Numbered from the stretch's first letter, positions 1 through 11,114 are shown. The stretch is DNA of 64,000 bases from Octopus sinensis (GCF_006345805.1 NC_042997.1:137330001-137394000); one strand, 5' to 3'. Numbers and translations: made by a program. Notes: generated by a model not told the origin, from the sequence alone.

Positions 1-1547
1 CTAAACGTAATAGAGAGAAACAGATAAAAGAGGGTAAAAGAAAATAAAAGTGACAAAATAGGTAAATATATTAGGTACAGTAAACAAGCCTTGAACACGT
101 GGAACAGAATTGGTTATAATGATATAAAGAGATTGATTGAAAACACTTCACAATGGGTCAAGGTTTCACACTGATAATGATGAGGACTTAAAGATGAAGT
201 AGTAAGATTAAAAATGACAAATATACTATGCACATTAGATAATTTTATAAACTAAAGCAAATATAGGTAGCTTTTCTAGCGTTAATATGAGCCAGGCAAC
301 CCGTAGCCAAAGAATATTTTCAATTTACATAGAAAATAGGATGCGAATGTTTTAAATATCCTGCTTTAATTACACACTACAAAATGTGTTGGATAAAAAT
401 GGCTCAAACTCAAGGTTACTCAGCTCTCATCAATTAAGTCGAAAGAAAGACCAGTCATCGACATGTGTTTATACTGTGGGTTGTACTGGGAATATATAGT
501 TCTATATTAAAAATACTTAATACCCTACATGATCGTAAAAATCGTTTTCATTCATTTGATTTATTCTAGCTTCTATATGAAAATCATTCTAGTAAATCTA
601 GTTTAATGACCACTTTCATTATTACGATTGTCTAAGTGTTGGACCAACTGAAAGTTGCTTAACTTTCTGTGATCCGACTTATCAAGTTTTATTTAAGGGA
701 ATAATTTTAAAAATCAGTTTATATTAAAAATATAAAATACTGTAAACTCAATAAATATAAATATATATAAAATGTACCCTGGGAATGAGGCAGAAAGTTC
801 AGAGGTAATTTTTCAATGAAAACGAAATAGTGAGGGAATCGAATTTTGCAGATCAAAAATTCGCGAAGTTTAATCTTTTACACGCAAGATCTGTTTATGA
901 TAGCGTCATTACACACACAATAGTCTAGATTGTGAAAATAATAGCTAACAGTAAATGATTATCAAACTGAAGGTGTGCACAGTACTTGGGACATTAATTT
1001 AAACTGATTTCAATTAAATGCTGTAATGAGAAATAATAGATGTCCTTGAGGATAATTTGAAAAATAACCACGCTTCAAAAGACTGGCAAAATAAAGATGT
1101 AAAATAAAAGACAATATTGACGATGATATAGGTGTTTATGCCCAAAGTAATATTTGTTATAAAAATAATACTAAGAATGAAATCCCCTCAGATAACGAAA
1201 GCTATTTTGGCTCCAAATCCACTTGTTATATTTCCCTAATTGTCCATCTGTCTATTATATTAAGACAATTTGAAGGCTGAAAATAAAAGTAATGACAGGG
1301 TTGCTTGATGGAATGCGAGAAATGATAATTGATCAAGTGTGTTATAACGTAGTAATATATCTAAGCGAATCCTTCCTGTATAACAGTGCTGATATATAAA
1401 TCACTAAAGGAGAGAATGAAGCTTGAAGCACTGACGACGACAACGTATGGACGGATAATATACAGCGTGATGTATTAAACAGATTTACAATGGGTCATCA
1501 ACAGACGGGCGCGCGTATATACACATATAAAGGATAAACATACTTAC

Positions 1548-1612
1548 TTCTAATGGTAAATGGTGTAAGTCTCCAACTATATATGTAAGATGTTTGTCAG
1601 TTTGAATAAAAG
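1548..1612 (-). CDS. Candidate coding exon 2 of an unidentified gene (..AFIQTDKHLTYIVGDLHHLPLE..)
   Basis: Minus strand: pyrimidine-rich acceptor ttcttatcgcttctccacag, a 65-nt exon, and donor GAA|GTAAGT. Only one of three frames is open, and it is the phase-1 frame required by the exon at 2852-3032. Confidence 0.6.
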
Positions 1613-2405
1613 CTGTGGAGAAGCGATAAGAAAAATAAAAATACAGTTACACGAAGATAACATAAAAATAAAAACAATAATTATTAATGTAATTTTATTA
1701 AAGTGTCATCCGTTCGTTAAGAACTAAATCGTAAATATCAGTATTGGTGGTAAACAAGCCATATAGTAGTTCTATAGCCTCCATACACGTTAGCATACAA
1801 TGAACACAAACACATACGTATATAGAGAACAATTACAAAGATAAGGGACCATTTTTCCCCTTTGTTTACCGGAAATTATATCAAATAAGTATTCAGATGG
1901 AGATTTTGCTTTTAATTATCATTAATGTAATATAGTTATGGATAATACAGTAGCGAATTTAAGGAACTAAGCCAGTCGACTCTATACAATTTCCGCGAGG
2001 GAGAGTGTGTGTTATAACAAACACATGTAAATGCCTAAAGCAATAAAAATATGTAAATCATTTGTAAATACGACGGAATGGGTATCAAAATTTATTATGT
2101 TCGTCTGTACATACACAAAAGCACGTTATAAACGACATGAAGTCGATAAGAAATAAAACCTATTTTAGACTGGTAAGTGAACAACAGAAATTATAGTAAA
2201 CAGGATATGTTTAAAAGTGGATAGTTTGCTGGTGTAGTGAAAGAAATTAGAGAAAATAAGCAGTTAGAAATAACGTACTATTGCAAAAATAGTCGACAGA
2301 AAACAGCTGAGGAAGACAGTAATGGGTATTTTCGTTACACAAACATACAAACAGACCCAATAATCAAATATATTCTCTATTATATATATATATATACATA
2401 TATAT

Positions 2406-2436
<31 letters not shown>

Positions 2437-2851
2437 ATATGACTATCACTAGAAATTTCCATATATTCTAAAGATACTTTAAATTTTCTTTAATAATCCA
2501 AATAATAAACTCAACACATTGTGTCGACAAAAGTTGCGAATTGGTTGGTATATCACTAGCCATGTTGTCATAATGCAAAATAGCAATTGTCAAACGGAAG
2601 AAAAAATCCTGTTCCACTGACTATTATATTTTGCTGAATTTTACAAAATATTACGAATAGGAAAAGTACTATCGTTTGTCTGATGCAATAACAGCAGATA
2701 GTGCAAGATATAAAATGTATGCAATGTGTAAATAAAGAATTTCAGATGCGTATTTTATAAAATGTGCTAAGTACGTGCCAAAGAGGAAAATCTCTCAAAA
2801 CATTAGATGAAACCATTGAAATAACGACCTTTCAAAGGATGATATACTCAC

Positions 2852-3032
2852 CTTGACTGTGGCTCTCTACTGCCGCTACATGGGTGTAATAGTGTTGAAA
2901 ATAATGGAAAAGAAAGATTAAATGAAACAAGTCCAAAGCCATCTTGTCTTTGTTGCGCTGTGGTCGCTGTTGTGTGCTGCTTTCAGTCCCCGCCACCACC
3001 ACCACTACTTCCCGACTTGACGCTGCCGCCAT
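2852..3032 (-). CDS. Candidate first coding exon of an unidentified secreted or membrane protein
   Basis: ATG at 3032 (aagtATGG) and in-frame ATG at 2942 (aagATGG). The stretch MALDLFHLIFLFHYFQHYYTHVAA resembles a signal peptide. Strong donor AAG|GTGAGT at 2852/2851 (phase 1). Lies in CpG-retaining sequence. Confidence 0.65.
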
Positions 3033-3650
3033 ACTTGTTTCTTTGCCACGGTCGCAAGCTGGACATTGTAATAATTCGAAACTATCCCAAGAAATATATG
3101 ATTTTCACAAAGAGTAATTTCTTTACAAAAATGGACAAAACAAATAAAGTTTTATTTTATCTTTCGAAATTGGCTTTCCTTTCTATTTATAAGTTCGAAA
3201 CATAAGTCGTTCTTTAGCTCAACATAACTACGGACTAGGCCAGTAGCAATAGAATTAACTCTTAAGGATTCATTAAATCGTTTTCTCTGTCTACTTTACT
3301 AACACGAAAACAAATTTCGAAGTTAAATACTGACAGTTTTTCTCTCTTTTGTTCTAACTTTTAAAAGATACCACGTTCATCGTTGCTTACAAATAAACAT
3401 TGCATGTTTAATAATCAGAACGAGTCTATTGTTAATGTAGGTAAAGTGGGAGTTCATAACCAATCCACCCCTTACTGTATGGGCTTGTTCCATTAGTCCC
3501 CAACTGTAAACATATGTAATTAGATTTAGTTACACATGTTCACAGCTAGCACTCGACGCCATTGACAGCTATAGCGCAGTATTACGGCAGCCAATTATAC
3601 ATAAATTCTTACTAGTGATTACAGAGTATTTTCTTTTAGCTACCAGCCTA
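2900..3650. promoter_or_regulatory. CpG-retaining putative promoter region of the minus-strand gene
   Basis: Visibly more CG dinucleotides than in the window centre. YY1-like AAGTATGGCGGC at the first ATG, CCAAT near 3591. Estimated by eye, not computed. Confidence 0.4.
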
Positions 3651-3990
3651 AAAAATATACGTTGGAAAATATTTTCACGGATGAAACTCTAAATCTGTTG
3701 TTTCAGTTTCTTATTAAAGATCATTATGTTTTTCTGCCTGTAGCATAGATTCAGAAATTTGTAGTGCTTAAAAGTAATTATAAATTTATTTTATATTAAA
3801 ATGTTCTCATTTCATGTTGAGGACTTGAACACGATGTTACACATATTGTCGTGTCACAGGAAAGTGAAACTGAAATTAAGCATTAACCTTTCTAACTTCA
3901 AATATTCCACAAGACCAATAAACATATGGTGCTTATTACATCTGTATATATGTTACACACACACACACACACATATAATGTACATATATA

Positions 3991-4137
3991 GGCCGTGTGG
4001 TAAGTAGCTTGCTTACCAACCACATGGTTTCGGGTTAAGTCCCACTGCATGGCACCTTGGACAAGTGTCTTCTACTATAGCCTCGGGCCGACCAAAGCCT
4101 TGTAAGTTGATTTGGTAGACGGAAACTGAAAGAAGCC

Positions 4138-4200
<63 letters not shown>

Positions 4201-4212
4201 ATGTATATATAT
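3991..4212 (+). mobile_element. tRNA-headed SINE (family A), 5' half plus internal (TA)n
   Basis: Head tgtggtaagtagcttgcttaccaaccacatgg...gggttaagtccc...ggaaactgaaagaagcccg matches the copies at 11236 and 60292. Confidence 0.8.
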
Positions 4213-4215
4213 ATT

Positions 4216-5194
4216 AAAATAAGCAACAGGATATCAAGAGGGGATGCAGTACAACCGTTTCAAGTGACTCCATTTAATTGAACGATGCAATCATTACATC
4301 AATTTAAATGCAATGCTATCCTCAGCTGCATAAATAAATATAATTTTTAATCAGTTGGACACATGTAAATATACACAAATATTTGTACTTTATCATGGGT
4401 ATGTTATAATCAACATAGTTAAATATATGTATCTGTGCACAACTTATTTTTCTGATTCTTAGCTTACAATTAATATAAAGATAACATGGTTTATCACCCA
4501 TGTATTCCATAAGTAAATACCCAGAGTAATCTTTATAGAAACTACCTTATAAGTAAATAATTAAGTACAGGAATGAATATTAAACTAATTCTATGTAATC
4601 TTCCCTTTTTAATGTTGAAAATTGGTATATTTACACAGTTTATCTATTTTGGTTATAATATCATTTTTAGTAATCTTAAATTTTATCTTCATACAACATA
4701 ACAATATTGTTTATATACAATTATCCATTGTACCCCATGATAATTTCCTCTGTATTAACATCATAGGTTTTATTAGCATCTTGCACCTTTAACTGGTAAT
4801 TAACACCTTGATTTAGGGTCTTCCCCTACCCAGCCTCCTTTATAGACAATTACTTACACATTTCCTAAAATCCTGATAATATTTATGGCCATATCCAACT
4901 ATAAACTGTTAACTCACCCCGTCTATCCATTCTAAACAGACACTGTCCTCTAGCCTTATATTTGGTAGTTGATAAAAAAAAGACTAATAAATTAAAAATG
5001 AACCACAATCCTTTACAATCTATGACCCTAACAAACTTAGAAGTGTATATTTTGAGCTACATTGTAGCAACATAGACTTTTCCCTTCTTCTTGCTCTATT
5101 AGAGAATTTGAGTAAAATTGTATTGTGTCCAACTAATTAAAAATTCTTGAAACAATGATACTGCATCACCTCTCGATATCCTGTTGCTTATTTT
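4216..5194. mobile_element. Non-coding element with terminal inverted repeats, nested in the SINE microsatellite
   Basis: 36-bp inverted repeats at 4216-4251 and 5159-5194 (2 mismatches), plus a second inner inverted pair at ~4343-4365 and ~5121-5145. It separates the two halves of a family-A SINE. Confidence 0.65.
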
Positions 5195-5291
5195 GATTTT
5201 ATTCACCTCACTTTGAGTTGTATGGATAATACCACACTAACTTGGTGCTTTTACTTAAGTACCTAATTCAATTGAATCTCAATTATCTCTT

Positions 5292-5512
5292 ACGTATATA
5301 TATATCTGTATATGTTTGCGTGTGTGTGTTTGTCCCCTCACCCTCGCTTGACAACCGATGTTGGAGTGTTTACATCCCCGTAGCTTAATGGTTTGGCAAA
5401 GAGACTGATAGAAAAATCACTAGACTTACAAAAAATAAGTCCTGGGGTCAATTCATTCAACTAAAGGTAGTGCTCCAGCATGGCAACAATCAAATGATAA
5501 ACAAATAAAAGA
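5292..5512 (+). mobile_element. SINE family A, 3' half
   Basis: tgtttgtccc...cgcttgacaaccgatg...gtcctggggtc...gtgctccagcatgg matches the 3' halves of the 11236 and 60292 copies. Confidence 0.8.
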
Positions 5513-5669
5513 CTATGTGTGTGTGTGTGTGTATAATGTGTTGTCTAAAAATCCATGAGTCAGGAAAAACTGCGTATATTGTTATTAATAAAATACAGTA
5601 TTATTGTCTCATAATAGGCAAATACCAACAGGTAATGCTTAGAAATTCCCCTCAACTAAGGGTGATACT

Positions 5670-6025
5670 TTGACATATTGAGAGAAGCAAAAGGCCATTC
5701 ACTTGATAGGCTTACAATGGCTCTAACCTATGTCCTTAATTCTCTGGGGCTCAAAGTCACAGTAGAAATCAACTTGAAAATGGGTTATTTCCTGAGTACA
5801 ACATTAAACAGAAACACTTGTACCTAAAAACCTTTTCAGAATCTGAAAGAGTGGCTGATATAATTTTCAGGTACTTGGTTGCCAGGGTTAGCTGAAGAAT
5901 CTACAGCCTATTTTCAAATGAGATTTTTGACACCACAGTCACATACTACAATGAGCCCCTTGTTGCCAGTAGTTTCAAGGAAAGGATTAGTTACATACTT
6001 GACCGTAGCACCATTAAGAGAAAGT
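5670..6025 (+). mobile_element. Degenerate Penelope-like element (RT thumb/linker) fragment
   Basis: Manual translation gives SLDRLTMALTYVLNSLGLKVTVEINLKMGYFLSTTLNRNTCT*KPF, then NEIFDTTVTYYNEPLVASSFKERISY. These resemble PLE motifs LGLKITIExNLKxVNFLDVTLNL and IFDxxxxYYNxAL. Confidence 0.55.
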
Positions 6026-6029
6026 GCCA

Positions 6030-6440
6030 CTATAAATAATATAGTAACTAGGATAAGAACTGGTCAAGGAAACTTCAGGGAGCTATTACCACTGCTGGTA
6101 ACATGAACCTCCTTTCTCAAAGTGAAGGGCAGATTGTATAATGCTCGTGTTCAGACTGCAATGCTGCATGATAGCGAGTTGTGGTGTTTAAATGCAAAAG
6201 GCTTGCAAAAGCTAGAAAGAAATGAAATAAACTTCCTCTGGCTGGGTAAGTAATATCAATGTACATGGAAATCAGAGCACAAATGACATGAGAGAAAAAC
6301 TGGGCGAAGGAAACTCAAATATAGTGTAGTGTGCAAGAGAGGAGGCTGCATTGTAATTGTTGTGCAATATGTATGGAAGATGATTCCTACTTAAGGGAAG
6401 TTTCATGTGCTCTAAGTTAGTGGAAGCCATGGATTTTGGA
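6030..6440 (+). mobile_element. Old RTE-clade LINE fragment (C-terminal region)
   Basis: VTRIRTGQGNFRELLPLLVT..KVKGRLYNARVQTAMLH aligns to VTTRIRIAWAKFRKLLPLLVTKGLSLRVKGRLY in the RTE at ~26.1-26.3 kb. Confidence 0.7.
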
Positions 6441-6551
6441 GTTGCTAGAATTTTCAAAATAATGCTAATATACTGGAGAGTACATACACACACACACATT
6501 ATATCAAATATATATGTGGATATATTACATGTATATATATATATATATATC

Positions 6552-6969
6552 TGTAGTGATGCTACTGTGTAAGGTTCAGCGCGCATGCGCAGAATGGGAC
6601 TACTTCCGGGTGGCCACCGGAAGTCTTCCCCATGCGCATGTGCGGGAAACTGACCCCTAAGGAACAGTAAACTCGATCACTCTCTCTGGCCATTTCAGCC
6701 CTTGTGAACAGACGTGCATTTGGTAGTCTCTGATAACTACACCGACTTAGCCGCGGACGACATTGAATCACTTCAACCAACCAACAAGAAGCTGTACAAC
6801 AGATTCGGCTGTCGTTTTCCCTTCAGAAATACGTACACCATCACGAATAATAAACAACACTGCTGTCTTTCCCAGATAACCTGACTTCGTCTGTTATATT
6901 TAACTAAATTGAATGTGACGGGATCGGATCGACACCCCTTCAGTGATACCGATTCCAGATCCTGTTACA
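6552..6969 (+). repeat. 5' LTR
   Basis: TGTAGTG...GTTACA. Differs from the 3' LTR at only 2 of 418 positions (6580/10725 and 6764/10909). Confidence 0.97.
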
Positions 6970-6971
6970 AT

Positions 6972-6981
6972 TGGTGACCCC
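6972..6981 (+). promoter_or_regulatory. Primer-binding site, tRNA-Trp type
   Basis: TGGTGACCCC 2 nt after the LTR matches the first 10 nt of the tRNA-Trp PBS (TGGTGACCCCGACGTGAT) used by avian leukosis viruses and CsRn1-clade elements. Confidence 0.8.
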
Positions 6982-7356
6982 AAGTAAAAAAAAAAAAAAA
7001 GACGCAGCGAACAGGTTTTGCCAGTTAGAGCACTGAACACTCAGTTTTCACTTTCATTTTTCTTTTCCTTTCAGGACGGCGAAGGTGCGTACAAACAAAA
7101 GTTTTATTCATCGCACTCAGTACACTGAAAAAAAAAAAAAAAGAAACACACACACACACATATTTTTTTTTACTTTTCTGTACCTTTTGTTTTTCCTTTG
7201 TGCACACACACACTTATTCTTTACTACCCACGAGGTGCACACACACACACACACACCAGTACACAAAACACGATTTTTGATTTGCTTTGTCGGTTCCACG
7301 TGTTCTCCACTTCTCGTTCATACCTTCTGCCCCTTTCTGACAGGCGATTCTTCGGA

Positions 7357-7764
7357 CAAACATGGCTGCATCAGGTGGAGTCGCATTTTGCCACACATGC
7401 CGTTCCTCCACAGCAGCAGTTGCATCTGCTATACTCGAGTTTGCCTTCCCGATTCGCCACATCGGTCAGGGATCTCATAATGAGTCCCCACCCTGACGCC
7501 ACATACACGTCAGTAAAGGCCGAAATCCTCTGCCGCAACACGCGGTCGGAGGAAAGTAAATTTAATGAACTAATGGCCGACGAAAAGTTGGGGGACAGGA
7601 CTCCATCCCAGTTCCTGCGCCACCTAAGGGAGCTAAGCGGCAACGCAGCAGACGCGCCACTCTTACGGAAGATATTCTTCTCCAGGTTGCCTGCCCACGT
7701 GCAGACAATGTTGGCCACGGCACTGGAGTCTGCTCTTGTTGCAGCATCTGGCCCCTTCGTCTGA
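7357..7764 (+). pseudogene. gag: Gag core, lacking a clear start and C-terminus
   Basis: QTWLHQVESHF...LGDRTPSQFLRHLRELSG...FFSRLPAHVQTML is typical of CsRn1/Kabuki-clade Gag. No in-frame ATG upstream and no C-terminal Cys/His knuckle. Confidence 0.8.
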
Positions 7765-10589
7765 CTGCAGACAAGCCCAAGCGCTCTTCAATTGTCTTGC
7801 ATGCCATTGACTCGTCTCTCATAACCACCTTCGGTCAGATTTCGCTGCGCCTCGACATCAACCTTCGTCGAGATTTTCAATGGGTTTTCGTCATCGCTGA
7901 CATCCCGCATCCTATTCTCGGCGCTGATTTCTTGGATAGGTTTAATCTATTGGTGGATGTCAGGCGTCGGAGGCTTCTTGACAGCACGACGTCGCTCTCT
8001 ACGCCGACTGGGAGTTCCACCATTGCGGTCCTTAGCCCGACATTCTTTGTTGCCACCTCTGGAGACGCTTTTCACTCTCTTTTGGCTTCATTTCCGGAGC
8101 TAGTGGACATTGCCTTTCAATCGGAAAAGCCTACCCACTTGACCCTTCATTTTATCCCCACCACTGGGCCGCCTGCTTTTTCGCGCCCGCGGCGCCTTGC
8201 GCCTGACCGTCTAAAAACAGCTAGGGCTGAGTTTGAGCACATGCTTCAACTTGGCCTTATACGCCCCTCCACCAGCCCATGGGTGTCTCCCCTTCATTTG
8301 GCGCGAAAGGGCGAGTCTGATTTTCGCCCGGTAGGAGACTATCGACGCCTCAATGCTGTAACAATAGCCGACAGATATCCAATCAGAAATTTACAGGACT
8401 TTACGGCAAATCTCCATGGTTGTAACATTTTTCGAAGGTCGACCTTATACGCGCGTACCATCAAATACCGGTCAACCCAGCCGACGTTCCGAAAACTGCG
8501 ATCACTACCCCTTTTGGGTGTTTTGAGTTTTTGTATATGAGTTTCGGTTTGCGGAATGCTACTAGCACTTTCCAGCGTTTCATTGATGATGTTGTCCGCG
8601 GTCTTGATTTTGTGTTTGCCTATGTCGATGATATACTCATTGCGAGTGACACACGTGAAAATCATCTCCAGCACCTTTCTCAGCTTTTTCAGCGTCTTCG
8701 CGCTTATAGTATACGTATAAATCCTGACAAGTGTGTTTTCGGACGCTCTTCCCTAGATTTTCTAAGCCATCATATTGATTCGAGTGGAATCAGCCCTCTG
8801 TCATCAAAGGTCGATGCCATTCAACGCATTGCACCTCCCACTTCCTTGCGCCAGCTCAGGCATTATCTAGGGATGATCAATTTCTACAGACGTTTTATTC
8901 CCGGTTGTGCAGATAAGCTACTTCCTCTCACCAGGCTATTAAAGGACACTCCTAGAAAGGACGGTCAAGTCACCCTCTCTGTTGAGGCACTCACAGCCTT
9001 TGAGTTCATTAAGAAGGAGCTGGCTTCTGTTTCTTTGCTTGCACATCCGGTTCCTGGTGCTTCTCTCTCTTTGACTGTAGACGCATCGGACACTGCGATT
9101 GGCGCTGTGTTACAACACACAGTGGATGATCACACTCGACCTCTGGCTTTCTTTTCCCGCTAACAGCAACCAGCTGAACGACGATACAGCACCTTTGATC
9201 GTGAGCTCCTAGCGATCTATCTATCGGTTTGTCATTTCCAGCATCAACTTGAAGGGCGAGATTTTGTGATCTACACGGATCACAAGCCCCTTACGTTTGC
9301 CCTGTGTTCAAAAACGGACAAACTCTCGCCTCGTGCTTTCCGGCACCTGGATTTTATCTCTCAATTCACTAGTAACATTCGACACACCTGGAAAAGAGAA
9401 CGTTCCTGCTGACGCTCTCTCTCGCCTTCCAGTCTGTGCCCTTTCGTCTCCTGCTGCTATTGACTTAAGTGCCATCTCGCAGGAGCAGCCACCTTTGGCG
9501 TCGTTAGACTTAACTTCTCCCAAGTTCTCCTGTTGCCAGTTTTCCTACCTTCCGCTTCCGTCAGCCGAAGGCACCATTCTCTGTGATACTTCCACTGGTT
9601 CTTCCAGGCCACTCGTGCCTGAGAATCATCAATGCTCAGTGTTTGAAGCACTGCACTCCTTATCACATCCTGGCATCACTGCCACCCTTAAGCTGATCAC
9701 TGCTCGGTTTTTCTGGCCGAATATGCGTCGCACTATTACTTCTTGGATGCGCACCTGCTCCAAGTGTCAACGGTCCAAGATTCAACGGCATGTTCGTGCC
9801 CCGCCTGGACATTTTCCCCCTACGGAGGCCCGTTTTCGCCATGTCCACATCGATCTGGTTGGACCATGGCCTGTGAGTCGCGGGTTTTCTTATCTGTTAA
9901 CTTGTGTCGATCGTTTCTCCCGCTGGCCAGAAGCCATTCCAATAGCAGACATTTCTGCTGAGACTGTTGTGCGAGCCTTCGTTTCAAACTGGATTTCCCA
10001 TTTCGGAGTCCCGTCCAGATTGACTACTGATCGTGGACGTCAGTTTGAAGCTTCGCTATTTCGCGAATTGTTGCGCATTTTAGGTGTGCATCATATCCAC
10101 ACTACAAGCTATCATCCAGCGTCTAATGGATTAGTTGAACGGTTCCATAGACAGCTCAAGGCTGCTCTTCGTGCCTCTTCAGACCCACAGTCCTGGATTG
10201 AATTTCTGCCAATTGTGCTTCTCGGTTGTCGCACTGCTGTCAAGGCAGACCTGGGGTTTTCTTCTGCAGAGCTACTGTATGGTAACACATTGGCATTGCC
10301 TGGTACGATGTTGGCGCCAGACACTTCCCAGCCCCATGATCCGGCGACCTATGTTGCCAGACTGCATTCATATTTCTTGAATCTTCCACCCATGGTTCCC
10401 AGGAAACAATCTCCACCATCCCATCTCCCACCGGATATGGACACTTGGTCGCATGTTTTTGTTCGGGACGACTCTGTCAAGGGACCACTTGTTTCTCCCT
10501 ATAAAGGACCTTTCTGTGTGCTTTCTCGCACACCTAAGGTTTTCACCATTGAAATAAATGGTCATTCGGAGACTGTTTCCGTGGACTGA
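7737..10589 (+). pseudogene. pol: pol (PR-RT-RNaseH-IN), disrupted
   Basis: PR tail ILGADFL; RT GDYRRLN and YVDD (8621-8632); RNase H VDASD, DRELLA, TDHKPL; integrase HHCC plus D,D,E ([22 protein letters not shown]). Frameshift in the T5 run at 8428-8432, TAA at 9161-9163, frameshift at ~9385, TGA at 10587-10589. Confidence 0.95.
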
Positions 10590-10684
10590 CTGAAGAAAGC
10601 ATACTTTGAGACGTCTTGTGTACCAAGCCATCTGTTTTTCTGCAGCACCACTACAAATTTTCTTGTCTTCGTACTTCCGCACTC

Positions 10685-10693
10685 GAGGGGGAG
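10685..10693 (+). promoter_or_regulatory. Polypurine tract
   Basis: GAGGGGGAG just upstream of the 3' LTR. Confidence 0.8.
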
Positions 10694-10696
10694 CCA

Positions 10697-11114
10697 TGTA
10701 GTGATGCTACTGTGTAAGGTTCAGTGCGCATGCGCAGAATGGGACTACTTCCGGGTGGCCACCGGAAGTCTTCCCCATGCGCATGTGCGGGAAACTGACC
10801 CCTAAGGAACAGTAAACTCGATCACTCTCTCTGGCCATTTCAGCCCTTGTGAACAGACGTGCATTTGGTAGTCTCTGATAACTACACCGACTTAGCCGCG
10901 GACGACATCGAATCACTTCAACCAACCAACAAGAAGCTGTACAACAGATTCGGCTGTCGTTTTCCCTTCAGAAATACGTACACCATCACGAATAATAAAC
11001 AACACTGCTGTCTTTCCCAGATAACCTGACTTCGTCTGTTATATTTAACTAAATTGAATGTGACGGGATCGGATCGACACCCCTTCAGTGATACCGATTC
11101 CAGATCCTGTTACA
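10697..11114 (+). repeat. 3' LTR
   Basis: 418-bp direct repeat of 6552-6969. Confidence 0.97.

Larger units (their letters stand above)
6552..11114 (+). mobile_element. Ty3/gypsy LTR retrotransposon, CsRn1/Kabuki-like, defective (4563 bp)
   Basis: Two 418-bp TG...CA LTRs, a 4-bp TSD TATC (6548-6551 and 11115-11118), a tRNA-Trp-type PBS, a PPT, and gag-PR-RT-RH-IN domain order. Confidence 0.97.

Noticed and set aside
1548-1612. FIQTDK resembles the alpha-2-macroglobulin/TEP MG2 motif FIQTDKPIY
   Set aside because: The match is only six residues, and here it follows the signal peptide directly instead of lying ~100+ aa inside. No gene name was assigned.
2237-2449. YIYI/THTH/VCVC-type ORFs here and at ~4035, 11248, 11815, 22347-22681, 30521, 32510-33100 and 50590-51068
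   Set aside because: They are translations of (TA)n, (CA)n and (TG)n microsatellites.
5879-6106. 75-aa ORF as a host exon
   Set aside because: It is explained by PLE and RTE relics.
6562-6780. Identical 72-aa ORFs at 6562-6780 and 10707-10925
   Set aside because: They are antisense readings of the two LTRs.
7371-10697. Minus-strand and alternative-frame ORFs inside the LTR element
   Set aside because: They are shadow frames of GC-richer gag/pol sequence with no independent motifs.
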